DNA of 64,000 nt from Phoronis australis (lineage: Eukaryota; Animalia; Phoronida): positions 708,228-772,227 of the forward strand of contig NMRA01000119.1 of the NCBI GenBank assembly GCA_002633005.1, written 5' to 3'. A program made the position numbers and the translations under genes. The notes under the pieces were generated by a model. The model searched no databases. It was given only the letters and a program-made list of their open reading frames with translations, and was not told the origin of the DNA. Shown here piece by piece: positions 1 to 14,502 of this stretch; positions within the stretch are counted from its first letter, which is position 1; each line of letters starts with the position of its first letter.

Positions 1-232
1 TACATTTAAGTTTACAGCCTTGTGTAGTGAGTATTTTTACTAAAAAAACTGTAGACCAAGACTTTTACAATGCTCTCAACCAAGTGTGAGCATAGCAACA
101 TTGTACATACTTTGTATATACATTGTATATTTCTTACTGCTTTGAAAAAAGAGCCCCCACTATGAGCCTTCAGAGGCTTCCTAGTATTCATTACAAGGTG
201 TGAGTCAAAACTTGAAAGGTTCCTATTGACAG

Positions 233-296
233 TGGGCATCCAAATGATACACTGGGCTTCCAAATGATACACTGGGCTTCCAAATGATACATTTGG
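233..296. repeat. 20-bp tandem repeat, about 3 units
   Basis: ccaaatgatacactgggctt repeated. Confidence 0.85.
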
Positions 297-344
297 CGTC
301 CTTGTCAGGGCGTCCAGATTAGTGCTAGGACATACGCCCCATAA

Positions 345-664
345 AGGCCTGGCTACACGTTTTGTGAGTCTCACGTGATCGTATATCATTTCCGCAATCT
401 TTACCGATAACTTCGACGAAGCTTTGCTTTCTCTGCTCCAATACACCGAAGTTTCAGTGTGTATCGAAGCTTCACTTTTAAATCCTATTTTCAGCGAAGT
501 TTCACTTGCACACTAACTACCGGAGTTAACCTTTCCCAATTCGGTAAAAGCAAAGTTTCGCCTCTAATGGGAAACCGACTTAAGTCACGGTATTTGTTTG
601 TGACAACTACAACCAACCAAAATTGAGGAACTTATGAAGCGGTGGATATGCCTTAACCAGGCTA
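345..664. mobile_element. Degenerate MITE-like element
   Basis: Imperfect TIR aggcctggcta...taaccaggct; internal words (gataacttcga, gttaacctttccc) recur near 3028 and 7964. Confidence 0.35.
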
Positions 665-2290
665 TGTCGAAAACACCCAAATTTGGCAAACTTTGGAACA
701 TCATATTTTAGAAGTGACTGATGGATTCATTTGAATCTTTCATATTCTTTGTGCATTGTTCTTCAAACACTGTTTGGAACTGTTGTTAAAGTGAGCGATA
801 GTGACAGTACTAATGTGACATCACTGCACTGGGATTATCTAAGAGATTCCACCACCTTGGTTCTAGCTCTTGTTACTTATCTACAAGAAATTATGTACAT
901 TGGGTTAGAAGATGTAACTAAATAATCAACAGTTACACTGAAACATATGGTTTGCATAATAATCTGTAAGATTTACAGACACAGCTGGCATGAGCTTCAA
1001 ATTCTAAAGTTATTTTTGTTGAATTTGGTTGGTTTGAAAGATAGTGTTAATGTAAGTGAATAAGCTACCGCCAGACCAACCGTCTCCAGTTGAGAGTAGT
1101 GGCTGGGGGTGGGGGAGTGAGGTAACCTCTTCCAGTCCCTATCATTCGCATGTCTCCAGTTTAGAGTAGAGGCTGGGGGTGCGTCATACCTTTCCCTCCC
1201 TGTCATTTTCATGCTTCAGTTTCACTGCTCTACTTTTACCATACATGTGTTTTATTTCCAGTATTACTACAACTCCCCCCCCCTTTAGGTGTCAAAATAA
1301 TTCATTGTTATCTGTTACTTTGCAGTGTATATATTATTTATTTTACTATCTCTGAATACATTTGTGTCTGGACCCACTGACAGGTCACTGTTTTACAACA
1401 AATATGGCTACCTAAAATAAAGATCTTGACAACTAAAATTCTTAATAAATGGAACCACTTCACATGACACCTAACCTCAGAAATCTGATGACTAAACTTG
1501 ACTGGAGAGTTGTTTAAACTTTCTCAATATTTCCTTTAGAACAGTTTCGCTTTAAAGAGACATTATTGATGAAAGAAGAAATTTTCTGAGATCCGCCTCA
1601 AAACTGTATTCACCGCATCTGCAGTCTAATGCTCTGCAGGTAAATACGGTACAAACCCCACTTGATAAATGGTGGGGGACATTTTACGCATATTTGATAG
1701 GCAAAGTCACTGTTCTTGATTTGAGCGAATATCTGGCAGACAAATGCAATATTAGCAATTAGTAATAAAATAACAAAAACACAATTGATTTTGTTGTTTC
1801 ATACCTCTGGTTAAAGCTCATAACTTCAAGAAGTCTTTCCCATTTAAAAGTAAGCTCAAAATGTGTTTTTGGCCGTATAATCTACACTGTCCCTTAAAAC
1901 TCTTGCATTGCAAGACCACCATCTGTTCTCCAATACAAAGTTTTAACCCAGGCACTGCACTGTGCAAGGGTGTACTAAAAGCACTTTTAGGTGAGGATAT
2001 CAAGGATCAACATAACTTACTGTTTCCTGGTAATGATAATGGGGAAATAATGAACACAAGTGAATGCTTAAGTTGTCAAGAACATGTGACAAAGCATGTA
2101 GACACAACACAGGCAAGAAACTTGGGAAACTGACACCACAAATTCACAGAGCAAAAAAACGAGAGAAAGTTCTGTAGACATTGGTTTCTCCGAAGAAAGG
2201 CAATAACTTGCAAGCCTTCACGAAATCACGCGACTGCAAAGCGAGGGTTTCGCAAGTATGATCGGGAACTTACTATCCTTCCTTAGTAAA

Positions 2291-2482
2291 ATGGCAGCCC
2301 TTGCAGCGATTGATTAGTGAGGCTAGACTGTTAAATTATGGCGGCCACTGCTGTGATTGGTCGGTGAAGCTGGACAGTTTAAGTGTGGCGGCCACTGCAG
2401 TGATTGGTCAGTGAGGCTGGACAGTTAAAGTATGGCAGCCACTGCAGTTATTGGTTGGTGATACTGGAATGTTAAATTATGG
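2291..2482. repeat. About 46-bp tandem repeat, 4 units
   Basis: atggcggccactgcagtgattggtcagtgaggctggacagttaaag-like units; the preceding 2220-2290 resembles 20240-20300. Confidence 0.85.
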
Positions 2483-3519
2483 AATTGTATTCAGTGTCTT
2501 TGTTCCAAAAAGTGCAAGTTGATATCTTGCTGTCTATGGAACTCAACCCAGGCCTCGCCATCAGGTTCAACAAATGGTCCAGCAATTGGGGAATTTCAGC
2601 ACAAAACTTGGGCAGGGAATGTGACACAAACCTGTTGAGGTCCCTCATGAAAAACCATAGTTTAGCACTTTAAGCCCAAAGAATATTTTTTTCAGAAAGT
2701 GACCAAACTACTCAAGAAACACGTCTAGCGATTTGAGAAAAGTTTCAATTAAAAGTGGATTTCAAATTTTAAGATACGTCTCAAATAACAGGTTTCAATT
2801 AAAAATACATGTAGCTAATACTATATGAGAAGAATGACATGCCTCGAATTTTTCGATAAATCATTTAAACACTATTTCCCCTAATTGTAAGATCATTGTA
2901 TGACTCTCTGGTAACGACAGATTTACCACAAACAGATTAAACACCAGATGGAGGAGTTGATTTGCATTATCGACTCAATACTTGTGCGGCGTGTCGCAAT
3001 TTCTAGCGATCACTGCCATCAGAGTAGGGTTAACCTTTCCCATAAAGCAGGGGAGTTGCAGTTTAAACCACCTATTTAGAGGAATTGCGATGGCTGTTTA
3101 AGTTATATGCTTTTCCATTGACGAAAACCTCCGCAAAACAGGGAAATTGCATAGCTGTGTAGGTGAGAAGGTGAAACAAGATAACCATTAACTTAAGTAG
3201 CTTTTACATTTTAATGCACTGGTGGATACACTGGATGTACAAACTGATGGCTAGCATACTGGCTATACCTATGTATGTACATGTGCTGGTAAAACATGCC
3301 ACACTGTCAAAGCAGGTATGGAAATGGGAGTGATTGATGATTATGGCTACCTGCAGCAGGTACAGATGGAAACTGTGAGATACAGCAGGAAATGTAGTTG
3401 ATGAGTAAGGTGCGGGCACAGTGTTTAAACATCACTCGTTACGTTTGTTTAAATCAAGAAGGTATTGCAAATTTGGTATTTAAACAGAGAAATGCAAGGG
3501 AGAGATGCAAATGGCATAA

Positions 3520-3930
3520 TTTTGGGGCGGTAGAGATAATGAGGAGAAGGATAGGGACAGGTAGGATACGGGGGAAGAAAATGGATAAAAGGGGTGGAAG
3601 ATGGGGGAAAGAGGGGTGAGGAGACAGGAAGAGACTCGAGCAAGGACTATTACGGATATAGGGAACAGGGGAAGCTAAGATGGAGATAAAGACAGAAAAA
3701 GAAAAGGGGTGGAACAGGAGTTAAAAGGGGAAGAAGCCGATGTACGGAAGGGGCATGGAGAGGGGGAGGAGGAACAGGAGGGATGGGGGGTAAAAAGGGG
3801 TAGCGGAGACAAGTGACAGGAGGCGATGCAGTAGGAAATGGGGGAGAGAACACAACAGGAAAACAGGGGGAACAGGACAAGGGAAAATGGAAGACAGGAG
3901 AGGGCATGGATAATGGAAGGGCTGGGAGTC
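3520..3930. repeat. Purine-rich (G/A) low-complexity tract
   Basis: Plus strand is overwhelmingly G and A with many G-runs; it produces the Pro/Phe/Leu-rich spurious ORFs. Confidence 0.85.
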
Positions 3931-4984
3931 TACAGATGACGCAGGGTAACGTATCCAGTACAATTAAAAATAATTAGATTCCACTGGTTTCATTTTCAAT
4001 CATTTTGAATAAAGCACAAAAGAATTGTGCATAAAAATTCGGCAATTGATTTTTAGATACTGACAAATGAAGTCAGCCTTTAAGAAGAAAATTTCCATAT
4101 TTACATTCAAACTCTTAAATTCAGTCAAGTGAGAAAGACCCATCTTCACAATCCATTGCATTCAGACATATGTTATAATTTAATGGTTATACATCACCAC
4201 TTGAAATGAATTAAAAACACACGCGCAGAATTTTGTTGGGGATTCTCATGGAAAACATGAGAAAACAAGTCTGGCAAAAATAAACTCTAAACAGTTTTGT
4301 TAAGTATCAGATTCCATTTGTTTTTCTATTATTTTGATGTCGATGTGTACTGTCTTACAACAGTGCAAGAGAGGAGCGATGTTAAACCACCAATGTTTTC
4401 AACAAAAACATGAGGAGTATAAATTTTAACAACAAATCAAAACCCTCATTTTACACAAAAAGTAAATGGATATTCAATTTCAAGCTCGTACAGTCTAGTA
4501 CTTTCAGAGTTTTTTCAATAGGGTAGAGTCAAAAGAAATTGTCGCTTCAATAATTTGGTTGCAATGTTGATGAAATGCAAAGTGCGATTTAAAGATACAG
4601 CCGGTTGATTCTGTAAAGAAACGGTGAAAGCTGCACTAAATAATGGACGTCAATGTCCTTGAACACAAAGATATATCGCTTTATAATGTTTGAGTAGATT
4701 TTTCAAATTCATTCCGATGTTGAAAGTGTTCAGTCAACTTCGGTGAATCGACATGGAGCATGGACATGAAAGGGTGTTTTAAAGGGTAGGACTTGCAAGC
4801 CTATCGTGAAATCTACCCAATTCAAGCAAAACCAATTGCCAAAACTTATCTTTGTTCCTAGGCTTCTAACAATAGTGAATGTCCAGAGTTTCTCAAAACA
4901 TTGTACTTTCCCTTGCCCACGAAACTGCAGTAAGATTTTACGATGATATAACAAGTCAGCAAAGTTCACCAGAAACCAATGACT

Positions 4985-5312
4985 TATGATGGCAAGCATG
5001 ACAGTGGCTGATGGCAATGATGAAGATGATGGCAATGATAAATGATGGCTATGAATGAATGAATGACAATGATGGCGATGATGACGATGGTGGTGACGAT
5101 AACCAATGATGACAGTCATGACAATGATAATGATAGTAAATTATGCAAGGTATGATGACAATGATAATGATGATGATAATGAATGACGGTGATGATGATG
5201 ATGATGATGATGATAATGATAATGACAGGGATGATGATGACGATGATAATGACGGACATGATGATGATAGCGCATAGTGCAAGGTATCAGTATGATGATA
5301 GTGATGATGGCA
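4985..5312. repeat. Degenerate (GAT)n microsatellite
   Basis: gatgatgatgat runs; source of the poly-His/Ser/Ile ORFs. Confidence 0.95.
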
Positions 5313-6709
5313 ATAGCTGAGACTTGTGTTAAAATCACCTTCACAACAGCAATAATTGTTGTGCCAATTTTGTATAAATAACTGTGTGATACTATCACTA
5401 TCATAGAACTACATACAGCATGTGTTCCAGCAATGCCAAAGGTTAAACTGTTCTTCTTGTCAAGCACATGAGAGTGACAAATATCCTGTTTCCCAAGGGC
5501 TTATCAGTGGAAACAATCCAGTGTACAGAATATTTGCAAATCCCTTTCAACATGAATCATGACTAAATAAACAAGCATCAAGCTATCTTTAAGATTGTGA
5601 GCCAGGAAACAAGTCACATGCTTGGACATCACCCTCATCTAACCTCACTGACCAGTGGTCAATCAGGTCACATTAAGAACTGTTGACAGCACCTATGAAA
5701 CAATAAGAGAAAGCAAACAACAGGAAACATTCTTGTCCCAACTCTTCAAGGCTGTGAAATCATAATGGCAACTCTTTCACATGACCCATTTCTTAAGTTG
5801 GAGTGCAAGTTAACAGGGACAAAAAGCTACCTTTTCACTTGAGATTTTGACATTTTTGTAAGAATTAGTTTGAAAATAACACCATGCAGCAGTGGCAATT
5901 TTACGGCATGCTGGTCGCAAACAAAAATGCTGGAAAATATCCATGCTTGGATTAAATCCATACAAGTGTGCAAGACGCTATTCCCCAACTACATCAGTGC
6001 CATCTGGTGAAAAGGTACATCATGTAGCCACTATACAAGAAAATTGTTATTATAGTTTTAATTCAATAGAAAAATAAAGCATCACATAACATTACTTCAA
6101 GTTCTGGTGGACATGCCGCTCCTTGAACTATGCAGTTGAAGATGCGGCTATTTTGTGATTGACCAGCAAGACTAACTCGAGAACAGCAAAAGACAGGCTA
6201 TTTCTAAAATGGCTAGCACATGGTTCTTTTAGGTTATTGACATTGTTCATCCATTTCCACTGACATTGTCAGCACCTGCTGCACAGACATTAAATCCTTG
6301 AACTATCCTTCATCTGTGAATCAATAGGTGATGGTCAATTCCTCAGTTTTAAACAAGCGATAAAAAAGGCAGATTACCTCACTGAAAATAATCGCGAGTA
6401 TTGTTTTATGACAAGTCACACAGTACGAACAAATCTAGTTACTGGAGAAAAAATTTTCCCTTCATTTTTGCCACGACATTGATGTAATCAAGTTGTCACT
6501 AGTCTGCAATGTTGTGTGAAGAGTTACCATAGTTAATTTTCATAGCAAGAAGTTAAACTTATTTCAATTGTAGTCGAATATATGTGATATCAGCATTTGA
6601 AAAACTTCATTCACAAAATCCATTTGCCTATAATGCTTATAACAGAAGAAATCTTCTAACCAGATGTGACTTTTGCATATGAAAATCGCACTTTGCCTTA
6701 CTTGAATCG

Positions 6710-6852
6710 ACCAGTGGGTACTCTAATGCCAAACTGGTTCAGAGCCAGTGGGTACTCTAATACCAAACTGGTTTTGCCAGTGGGTAGGGCCTACCCTAAT
6801 ACCACACTGGTTTATGGCCAGTGGGTACCCTACTCTAACACCACACTGGTTT
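6710..6852. repeat. About 33-bp tandem repeat, 4 units
   Basis: ccagtgggtactctaataccaaactggtt-like units. Confidence 0.85.
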
Positions 6853-6973
6853 AAAATTGACCTATGTTGTTTGAGCTGTGAGATAAGTAACTCAAGTTGA
6901 ACTCCAGTCTCACAAGTATGGGAAGCCAAAATGGAAAAATCCAGGGTACCTATTTTCCATTTAAGAATTAAAA

Positions 6974-7472
6974 TCTTTGCAGTACCAAAAAAACAAACTG
7001 AAACCAAAATTTATCATGCCTGGACCAATAATTTATCACGTCAGGACCGAAAATTTATCATGCCAGGACAGAAAAGTTTTCACGCCAGGAAACCATGTGA
7101 CCATCCCCTATCAGACAATGTCACCGTAACACTCGGATATATTTAAGTCTAATGTTTGTAAGTGTACATCGGCTTGTTGAACAAAGAAGAAATTCAACCT
7201 CAATGTCACGATAAAATGACTGTTGTTGGCGAGAAATTGTTGAACGTTTAGCCAGTGTGTACCTAGTACCGACGTCATCACTTTGAGGGATCAATGCTTG
7301 TGGGTGGTCAGGCATGAAAATTTTCTGGTGTGATAATCTTTAGTCCTGACATACTAAATTTTCTGTCCTGGTGTGTTAAATTTTCGTTCTTGATATGACG
7401 AATTATAGGTACTGATGTGATTTTCATTCCTGACATGATAAACGTTAGTCATTGTTTTTTGGTCTTGCAGAC
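6974..7472. mobile_element. Foldback-like non-autonomous element with modular inverted arms
   Basis: Ends tgcagtaccaaaaaaacaa / ttgttttttggtcttgca; both arms are built from about 21-bp units (aaatttatcatgccaggac and its complement). Confidence 0.6.
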
Positions 7473-7625
7473 TGAAAATAGTGTTTTGAGCAGTTTTTAA
7501 TTCTCGCATATATGAAAATTCTGGTTTGGATGTATTTATTTTTGGTCCTGCACAGTACAAACAATGTTTTGGCCTGTGTTTAAATTGTGTATAGACAACA
7601 TGTGTCCTGGAATTTTTCCACTATA

Positions 7626-8089
7626 GGGCCTTTCATACTAACGTCGAAGCATCGATGGTTTGGGGAGTTGCGGTCAGCATGAACGCTTAACTCCGGTCCT
7701 GGATCGCAGTTAACAGGTGGATTAAATAGCGCAACGTCAACGCTGCAGTACAGTATGAACGCTTAAATTCGATCCAATCGAAGTTATCGCCAGGTGCCAC
7801 TGTTATCGTCAACAGTTACAAGGTAGTGACGTCACTAATAGCTGCTTATATTTGCTCTAATAATAACCAATCGATTAAAAAATAAGTTTAATGTCACGTA
7901 GCACATGTAAATGTTTCCAAATTGAAACATTGAAAAAATCTTAGCGTGCAACGCTACCTTGTGATAACTTCGATGACGACAGCAGCACCAACCGCTTACT
8001 TGGATGTTCATTAACTACCGAAGCCAGTAACTGCTGTGTTTAGGTGGACACTCTGCTCAGACCAGAGTTAGGTCAATATGAAAGGGTCT
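7626..8089 (+). mobile_element. PIF/Harbinger-like MITE, copy 1
   Basis: TIR gggcctttcatact...aatatgaaagggtct; a near full-length inverted copy is at 26614-27120. Confidence 0.8.
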
Positions 8090-11000
8090 TATGGCTTTCC
8101 ATTGACAAGTGCTCTCCTTGTGGTAGGAGTGGTCTGTAGTCCCATAACTAATAAAAAGGCCATAATCCTGTTATTGTGTCTAATACTGTAATACTGGAGG
8201 GGATATACAACTTGACATGGAAGGGCCTGGCCTAATTACACAAGTCCTAGAGTGTGTTCTCACTGGTATGTGCATGTATTGGTAATGACCACAAACACTG
8301 GACATACCATACCACTAGTGCACTACTGGCCTGGTACTCATTTGCCAAGTGATAGATAAGGCAGGATGCCAGTCTCCATATTAATTTGCATTCCACCAGA
8401 CTGTATACATAAATCATCCAGAGGCATCTAACATAAAAAACTACATTGCTTTGATGCAACTGAATGCATTTTTTGATTTCTAAATTTAGAACTTTATTGC
8501 TTTGAAGAAAGATCTTGAGGCGGCGACATAAACAAGAGATTTCAATGCACCACCACCACCACACAAATATTTTAGGTTAGACCACAGTATGTCAATGAAC
8601 CACAGGATTAAAGGATTGAGGATTCGCCACTCAGCAGCAGTTTTCAAACTGGAAACGGCGGCAAATGAAAAACAAGAAATCTGACACTATCTAAATGTCC
8701 CACACCAGAAAACTCCCAAACATCTTACACTATCTAAACACAGCTACCGCTATGTACAACAAATGCTTTTTGGAAGAGTTGCTAACAATAAGAATGGACT
8801 CTTGCTTATTCGCATCCAAGTTAAAAGGACACTAAAATCTAACGGGACAGGGTGGAATTTGAGGTGATGTGGGACCTAAGAAAAATGTCCAAATTTGACT
8901 TACTTCTCAGCTTCATTAGAAATATGTGATCGGATTCACATGGAAGTTTCAGATATTATGCTCAATGCAAAGTTATCCAAAACACCATGAGGAATAGTTT
9001 TAAACTGTTCCATTTTTTGTGAGGGGTTACAAAATATAAGACTTTGTTGTTTTTGACTAAAAACGCATAAGACCTATAAAAAGAAAAGAAAAGAAAAGCA
9101 ATGACCTCATCTTTAGCGTTTATATTGAATGAAATTGATATTGTTGACACTGTTGTGTTGTTAGACTATGAAGGTACATTACTTTTTACAAAAAAGGCAG
9201 TGTACCTGTTGACCCTAGAAATTGGCAAAAAGTTTAAAATTAAATTCTAAAGGCTTTTTGCTTTCAGAAAATATGTAGCTTTTCCTTTGTTAAAATCTGT
9301 AGTTTGTAGAGATTTGAGCAGATACACAGATTTGTTGATAAGGTTCTACATAACTCAGTGAGACATGGGCAGAATAGACAGAAGTTATGATGAGGTTCTT
9401 AACACCGGTTTAGGGGAAAAGCAGAATGGAGCAGGATTTACAAAGTCTATAAAAGACATCATTTATGTCAGTGCTCAGATATCACAACAAGCTTTAAGCA
9501 CTTGCAGTGATCTGGAAGTATAAATTGAACATGTATCATCGCATTAAGTCGGGTTCAAAGGGGGGGAATTAAAACATTACAGAAATTCTTTGAACAATAT
9601 TCAACACCTGCGTGTCTACAAAATGTTTATCACAATCATATCCTAGTATATCATACAAGCTGATGACTAATGAACTCTTTTATCAACATGTAAGACGTAT
9701 ATGATGTACATATATTATATGTTTACACAAGACATTACTGTGATAAACAAGAAACCACTGGACAAATAACCGAAATAACTGGATCACTGAACTTTAAAAC
9801 TCTGACCCGTTTTAGTGGTGTGGACCACGTGCGATTGAAATCATCCCAGGATGTCGTAAAAATTCACTAAAAATGTCCCACTTTGTCACAAATAAAAATT
9901 CTACATGACATGCACAATTGAGGTGAATTTTACATTCAAAGGCAAACAATAAATGGCAAATATCAGCATAACAGTGAAGAGTTCATTGACTTCACGCCAG
10001 ACAAAGATAAGGCGAAGAAAGGATAGTCCACTTCACAAGTGAACTGCCAAACTCCCACCTGTCTCAGGGGAAATGAAGGTCCTTTTACATCAACTTCCCT
10101 CTAGCACAAGAGGTGTATCGTTTAGTTGAACCTTTCACACTGGCATCAGAGATTAAAGTAATTGTTTGTTGGTACTTGGATCATCAAAACGATCACAAGA
10201 GGATGGTATGAAAACGTTGTGTATACGTAATTTTTCAAATATGGAGAATCGTGTTTGGATATGAAATGAAGATCTTGTAACACTAGAATTATGAAAATTT
10301 GAAATAAAAGATTATCAAGTAATGATACAACGGTTGCCATTACCGATAGCGACACCTGCCGATAACTGTGATAACACTGAGGTTAACCCTGAATTCCACA
10401 TCAAATCGCCGATACACAGCAATTAAATGCACCTATATTACGGCAAAATTTAAGTGTGGTTTTAACTTCGGCACTAAACATTATGTCAACGCCTTAACAC
10501 TGGCGTGAAAGGTTTTTACGAGACTAACATTTGATGATACAATCAAAGTACATACAGTGCAGCACACACAAATCGAATGTCAAGACAACCTTCCAATACT
10601 CAGTCAACATAATTTATTATTACATGACCACTGACGCTTCTGTCCTCTGATTGGCCAAAATGCGGCGCAACAACATGCAATAGAGCCTAATATTGACAAA
10701 CTTGGTATGGAATATCACTTTCCATTCGTGCCACCCAGACATCAGATGTCGCTATTTACGACCTAACCAATCAGACGCTACAAAAACCATACACCCTGAC
10801 CGCAAAGCAAGCAGACGATGTCAGTACCTGACAGTAGATAAGAACAAGCTAATCTAATAAGAGACGGAAAGATAAAAAGAATGAAGTATCAGTGGTCACA
10901 TAATAAAATCACACATAGACCGATTCCTTCGGTGTATAAAGGTCACATGGTCTTCGGTAGAGCAATATTGTCCTCAGAGCTTGGTCTCAGACAATAGCCC

Positions 11001-11170
11001 TTTCCCTTGGTCCATATCACCAGATAACATCTTTGGGATCAGCGCAATTGTGTATAGTACCGGTATTCAAATTCTGTATCAGTGCAGAAACTTGTACTCG
11101 CGCAGGCAAAGTTCATCCTTTAGAAATTATGGATAGATGTTGGACTCCTTCATCTGCCAGTGACTGGCAG

Positions 11171-11322
11171 CAGGGGCGGATCCAGGATTTTTAGCAAAGG
11201 GGGGCAGGGCAGAGCCTAAGCCAGGATTTTGCCAATCAGACATTCGCACCCCGATTGGAATGGAATCTGGGAGTTTTAGGAGGGGACCATGGCCCCGTTG
11301 GCCTCCTTTAAATTCACCACTG
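11171..11322. mobile_element. hAT-like MITE
   Basis: Starts CAGGGGCGGATCCAGG and ends aaattcaccactg, an imperfect TIR of a widespread CAG(G/T)GGCGGAT type; no clean TSD. Confidence 0.6.
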
Positions 11323-11688
11323 GGCAGAGTCCAAAAGAGGGGTATTTTTTTCAAAACATGGGAATGTCACATGAACCAATGAAGAAACAGTGAGTGACTT
11401 GTTCTGCAGATTTGTTTTCTGTCGCCATAGAGACTAATTTGAAATTTGATACATGACATGTTTGTCTGGCCTGCAAACTTGAGGGAAATTTATCATTTGG
11501 AAAGCATATGATACATTTATTGGTGTTTGGCACCAATTCAATGTCTGAATTCTTAGGATACAAATGCCAAGTATGGACACTTACGAACCAGAAGGTGCAT
11601 TACAGAATTATTGATGTAAAAACTCTGAAACAATAATAGCAAAATGTCACCGTCACGATATGATAGAGGTCTTCATAATGTCACTCAC

Positions 11689-11774
11689 CTTGCAACCTTC
11701 ACAGGTGATAACGCCGTAGTGGACTCCAGAACTTTTGTCACCACACACCTTACAAGGTATTACCTCGATGTGGG
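11689..11774 (-). CDS. HR3: Nuclear receptor NR1F (HR3/ROR), exon encoding first C4 zinc finger of the DNA-binding domain
   Basis: Translates as (A)[28 protein letters not shown], the HR3/ROR signature with P-box CEGCK. Acceptor tttcag at 11775, donor GTGAGT at 11688; 86 nt, phase 1 in, phase 0 out. The next exon (GFFRRSQ...) was not found in 1-11688. Confidence 0.96.
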
Positions 11775-12294
11775 CTGAAATGAAAAAGAGAACACATTGA
11801 GGACATGTGATACACCAATAGCATTGAAAAATAACCAAAGCTGGGTTTAAAACATCCTTTTAATTCCTGTCCACGTGATACAACAGTCGCACCGGATTGC
11901 TGTTACTGTGTAGTCAAGATGCTGTGCCTCCATTTTTGACACCTGATGTCGCAATTAATCTGTCGTGCGACGGATAGTCCATGCTATCTCACTTTGACAA
12001 ATCCCGGAACTCACGAGATCACTGGCCAATCAATCACCATTAGTAAGACCCAAAAACTGCTTTAGACTACATAAGCACGTCCACAGTTGCTCTCATTACC
12101 AAGTCCAACTGTTTATCTCGACTTCTTCATGATAGACAAAATAGATGCAACTTTTTTGTTTAGAAAGAATTGTATCTTAGTTATTGCTCGAGACCGGGCT
12201 CTGTTGACACGGTGTGTCATTTTATTTGACCCTGAGCATGGCCTCACGCAATAGTAAATCTTAATAAGACCAAAAATCACACTTCTCATTTGAT

Positions 12295-12660
12295 TATGAA
12301 GCAAGTTGAGACCAACTTCATAGCGGCAAGTTCTCTAAATCCTAAGTTAGTTTCATCAACAGAACGCGGGTTTATACTAACTTTAAGGAAGAAAAGTATG
12401 TACAACGTAACATTAAATGACTGAAAATATTAATGCGGATACAAATAGCTCGCTAGCATCGCGAAGAAGGCACCGGTCTTGAAACGAGCAAACAATTTTT
12501 GGGACCCGTCCCCTCCCCTGGATCTTTCGAAGGATGCACTGCCAGTCATCTTAAATGCTCAGTTTGTTTAAAGCTGGAATGTTATCATTTTCTGTCAGAA
12601 TGTTAACTTTTGTAATAGACCACTTATCACTATTAAACTGGTCTCAACTTGTTAACATAG
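12295..12660. mobile_element. MITE-like element
   Basis: TIR atgaagcaagttgagacca...tggtctcaacttgttaacat. Confidence 0.55.
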
Positions 12661-14502
12661 CTTGTGACCAGGCTCAATGAACAGGCTTGAACAGGCGTTT
12701 CCTTTTCCTTTTAAGTTATGTAGCAATGCTACAGTGAAAAATGCCTTGGCGGCAAATGATAATTTGGGGGACAGCGTCGTCTGTTCTACGTTCTAGTTTG
12801 GGTTTACAGTGTTATAAATTCTTTACGATTATTGTGCCACCAAGTTGCCACTGTTGTGGGATATTCTCAAAGTATCCAGGAATGAAAGAAATTCCATCTC
12901 CTCTCTGTCAACTCAGCACATCTGGACCAACAGATGGGAATGGAAATGCAGTCACCTGACACACTTAAAAACATTTTGCTATTCTGGCAACCAGGGCAGC
13001 AATTTAGCACTTGGAATTTTCATTAAATTGTGTTGGGATCAATCAGTGCGCTTCGACAACAGTTGCACCTATTGCATGCCGCCGGTGAGTTCAGAGGGGG
13101 TAAGATTGACTTGGTCCCTAGCCATGGTTTTGAAGTGCTTAAGTAATTCACAGCGCTACGTAAATGTGGCCTAATTTTGATATTTTTAATTTTGGTATTT
13201 TAATTTTATTTGACTGGGTTCAAACTAACAAAATAATATCGTATTAAACGAGAGTAGCAATATCCGTAAGGTCAAAGTGCTTTTAATGTGTGCTCTCATG
13301 AAACACAATATAAACTCACCCTAAACATGACAACCACAACAAGCTGGCACTATTTTTCTTGGCAATAACAACTAACCCAGATTCCAACATTTAATGGCAC
13401 AGTGGGTGACCCCAGATAGGGGAGCTGCACTGAAAGCAGACTAAAACCAGGACTAAAAATCACTTGTCTCCTACATAACTAAGAGAACATCAGGTCAAAC
13501 CACAAACATTTAAGTTCATTCCCAGACAGCAAACTTTGCATAATTGAGTGTGGGGGTGATTACATAGAGCTGCTGTTTTTAATAATTCTAAATCCAAGCA
13601 GATAACCACCCACAACAAGGCCCCAATTGCCAGAAGACATGAGCCAGTGTCACGCACAGCTCACATTCAGCTAAAAAACCCTGTGGAAAAAATACATGGT
13701 TGGCTAACTTGACAACTTGTTAGCAAGCCAACAATGTTTGCACTTCACGGCAAATGTGTTCAGAAAACAGTCTGGCCCTTTCAAGTAGAAAAAAAAACAA
13801 AGGTGTGAAAGGTAAGCTACTGAATATTAATTTCATCTGACTGGATGTTTAAATAAATGATAATGTCAACATCACAGATCCTGATATGAAATTGAAGACA
13901 AGCACCGAGACACCGGTCGTTATCATGACGTTTTGCTACTTTTATAAATCATCAATGAATGAGTCATAGTCAAACATAAGTATATGTGGGCCCTTAATAA
14001 CAATTTTGTTTCACCAAAAATCTTCAAAACTGCAGATTTTAACTCAGTGACATTAGAGCGCTTGTAGAACTTGATTTCTTACTTGTTGCCAATCTGCCTT
14101 GAATTGGGTCATGCGTCCACGTGTTGTTAGTAAAATTTAGAAAAAAAGGTTCATTCAAAGCAAAACAATGGAATCATTAACAAGACTAAATTTTGTTTGA
14201 CAAGAAAGTTCAACATGAAATCTCAAAAAAATGCTGTTATAGATTTCGAAAATATCATTTCGCTTTCGTTTTAGGACACCAATTATAATCGAATTATAGG
14301 GGGGAAGCTGAAATGAGTAGCAAGCCGGAAGAGTTTTTAAGAGAGCGGTTGTTTCACGTAACACTTATGTAAAATCATTAGTTTCTTCCCTGTACCTGAT
14401 GACAAATAATAATTTACCTCTTGTGCCGTTTCAAAGCCACCTTTGACCGCAAAAACTGGCATGACGAAACTAAAGGTATTCAAGGAATATGAGGTGGCAT
14501 AA

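Noticed and set aside
2181-2201. Minus-strand AFLRRNQ resembling the GFFRRSQ start of the next HR3 exon
   Set aside because: No AG acceptor before it, no second zinc finger follows, and it abuts a dispersed repeat also seen at about 20240.
3398-5467. His-, Ser-, Ile- and Pro-rich ORFs
   Set aside because: They are translations of the GA tract and the (GAT)n microsatellite.
6710-6852. CRISPR-like appearance of short repeats (also 2291-2482 and 27479-27640)
   Set aside because: Head-to-tail units without unique spacers, no cas genes, spliceosomal eukaryotic context.
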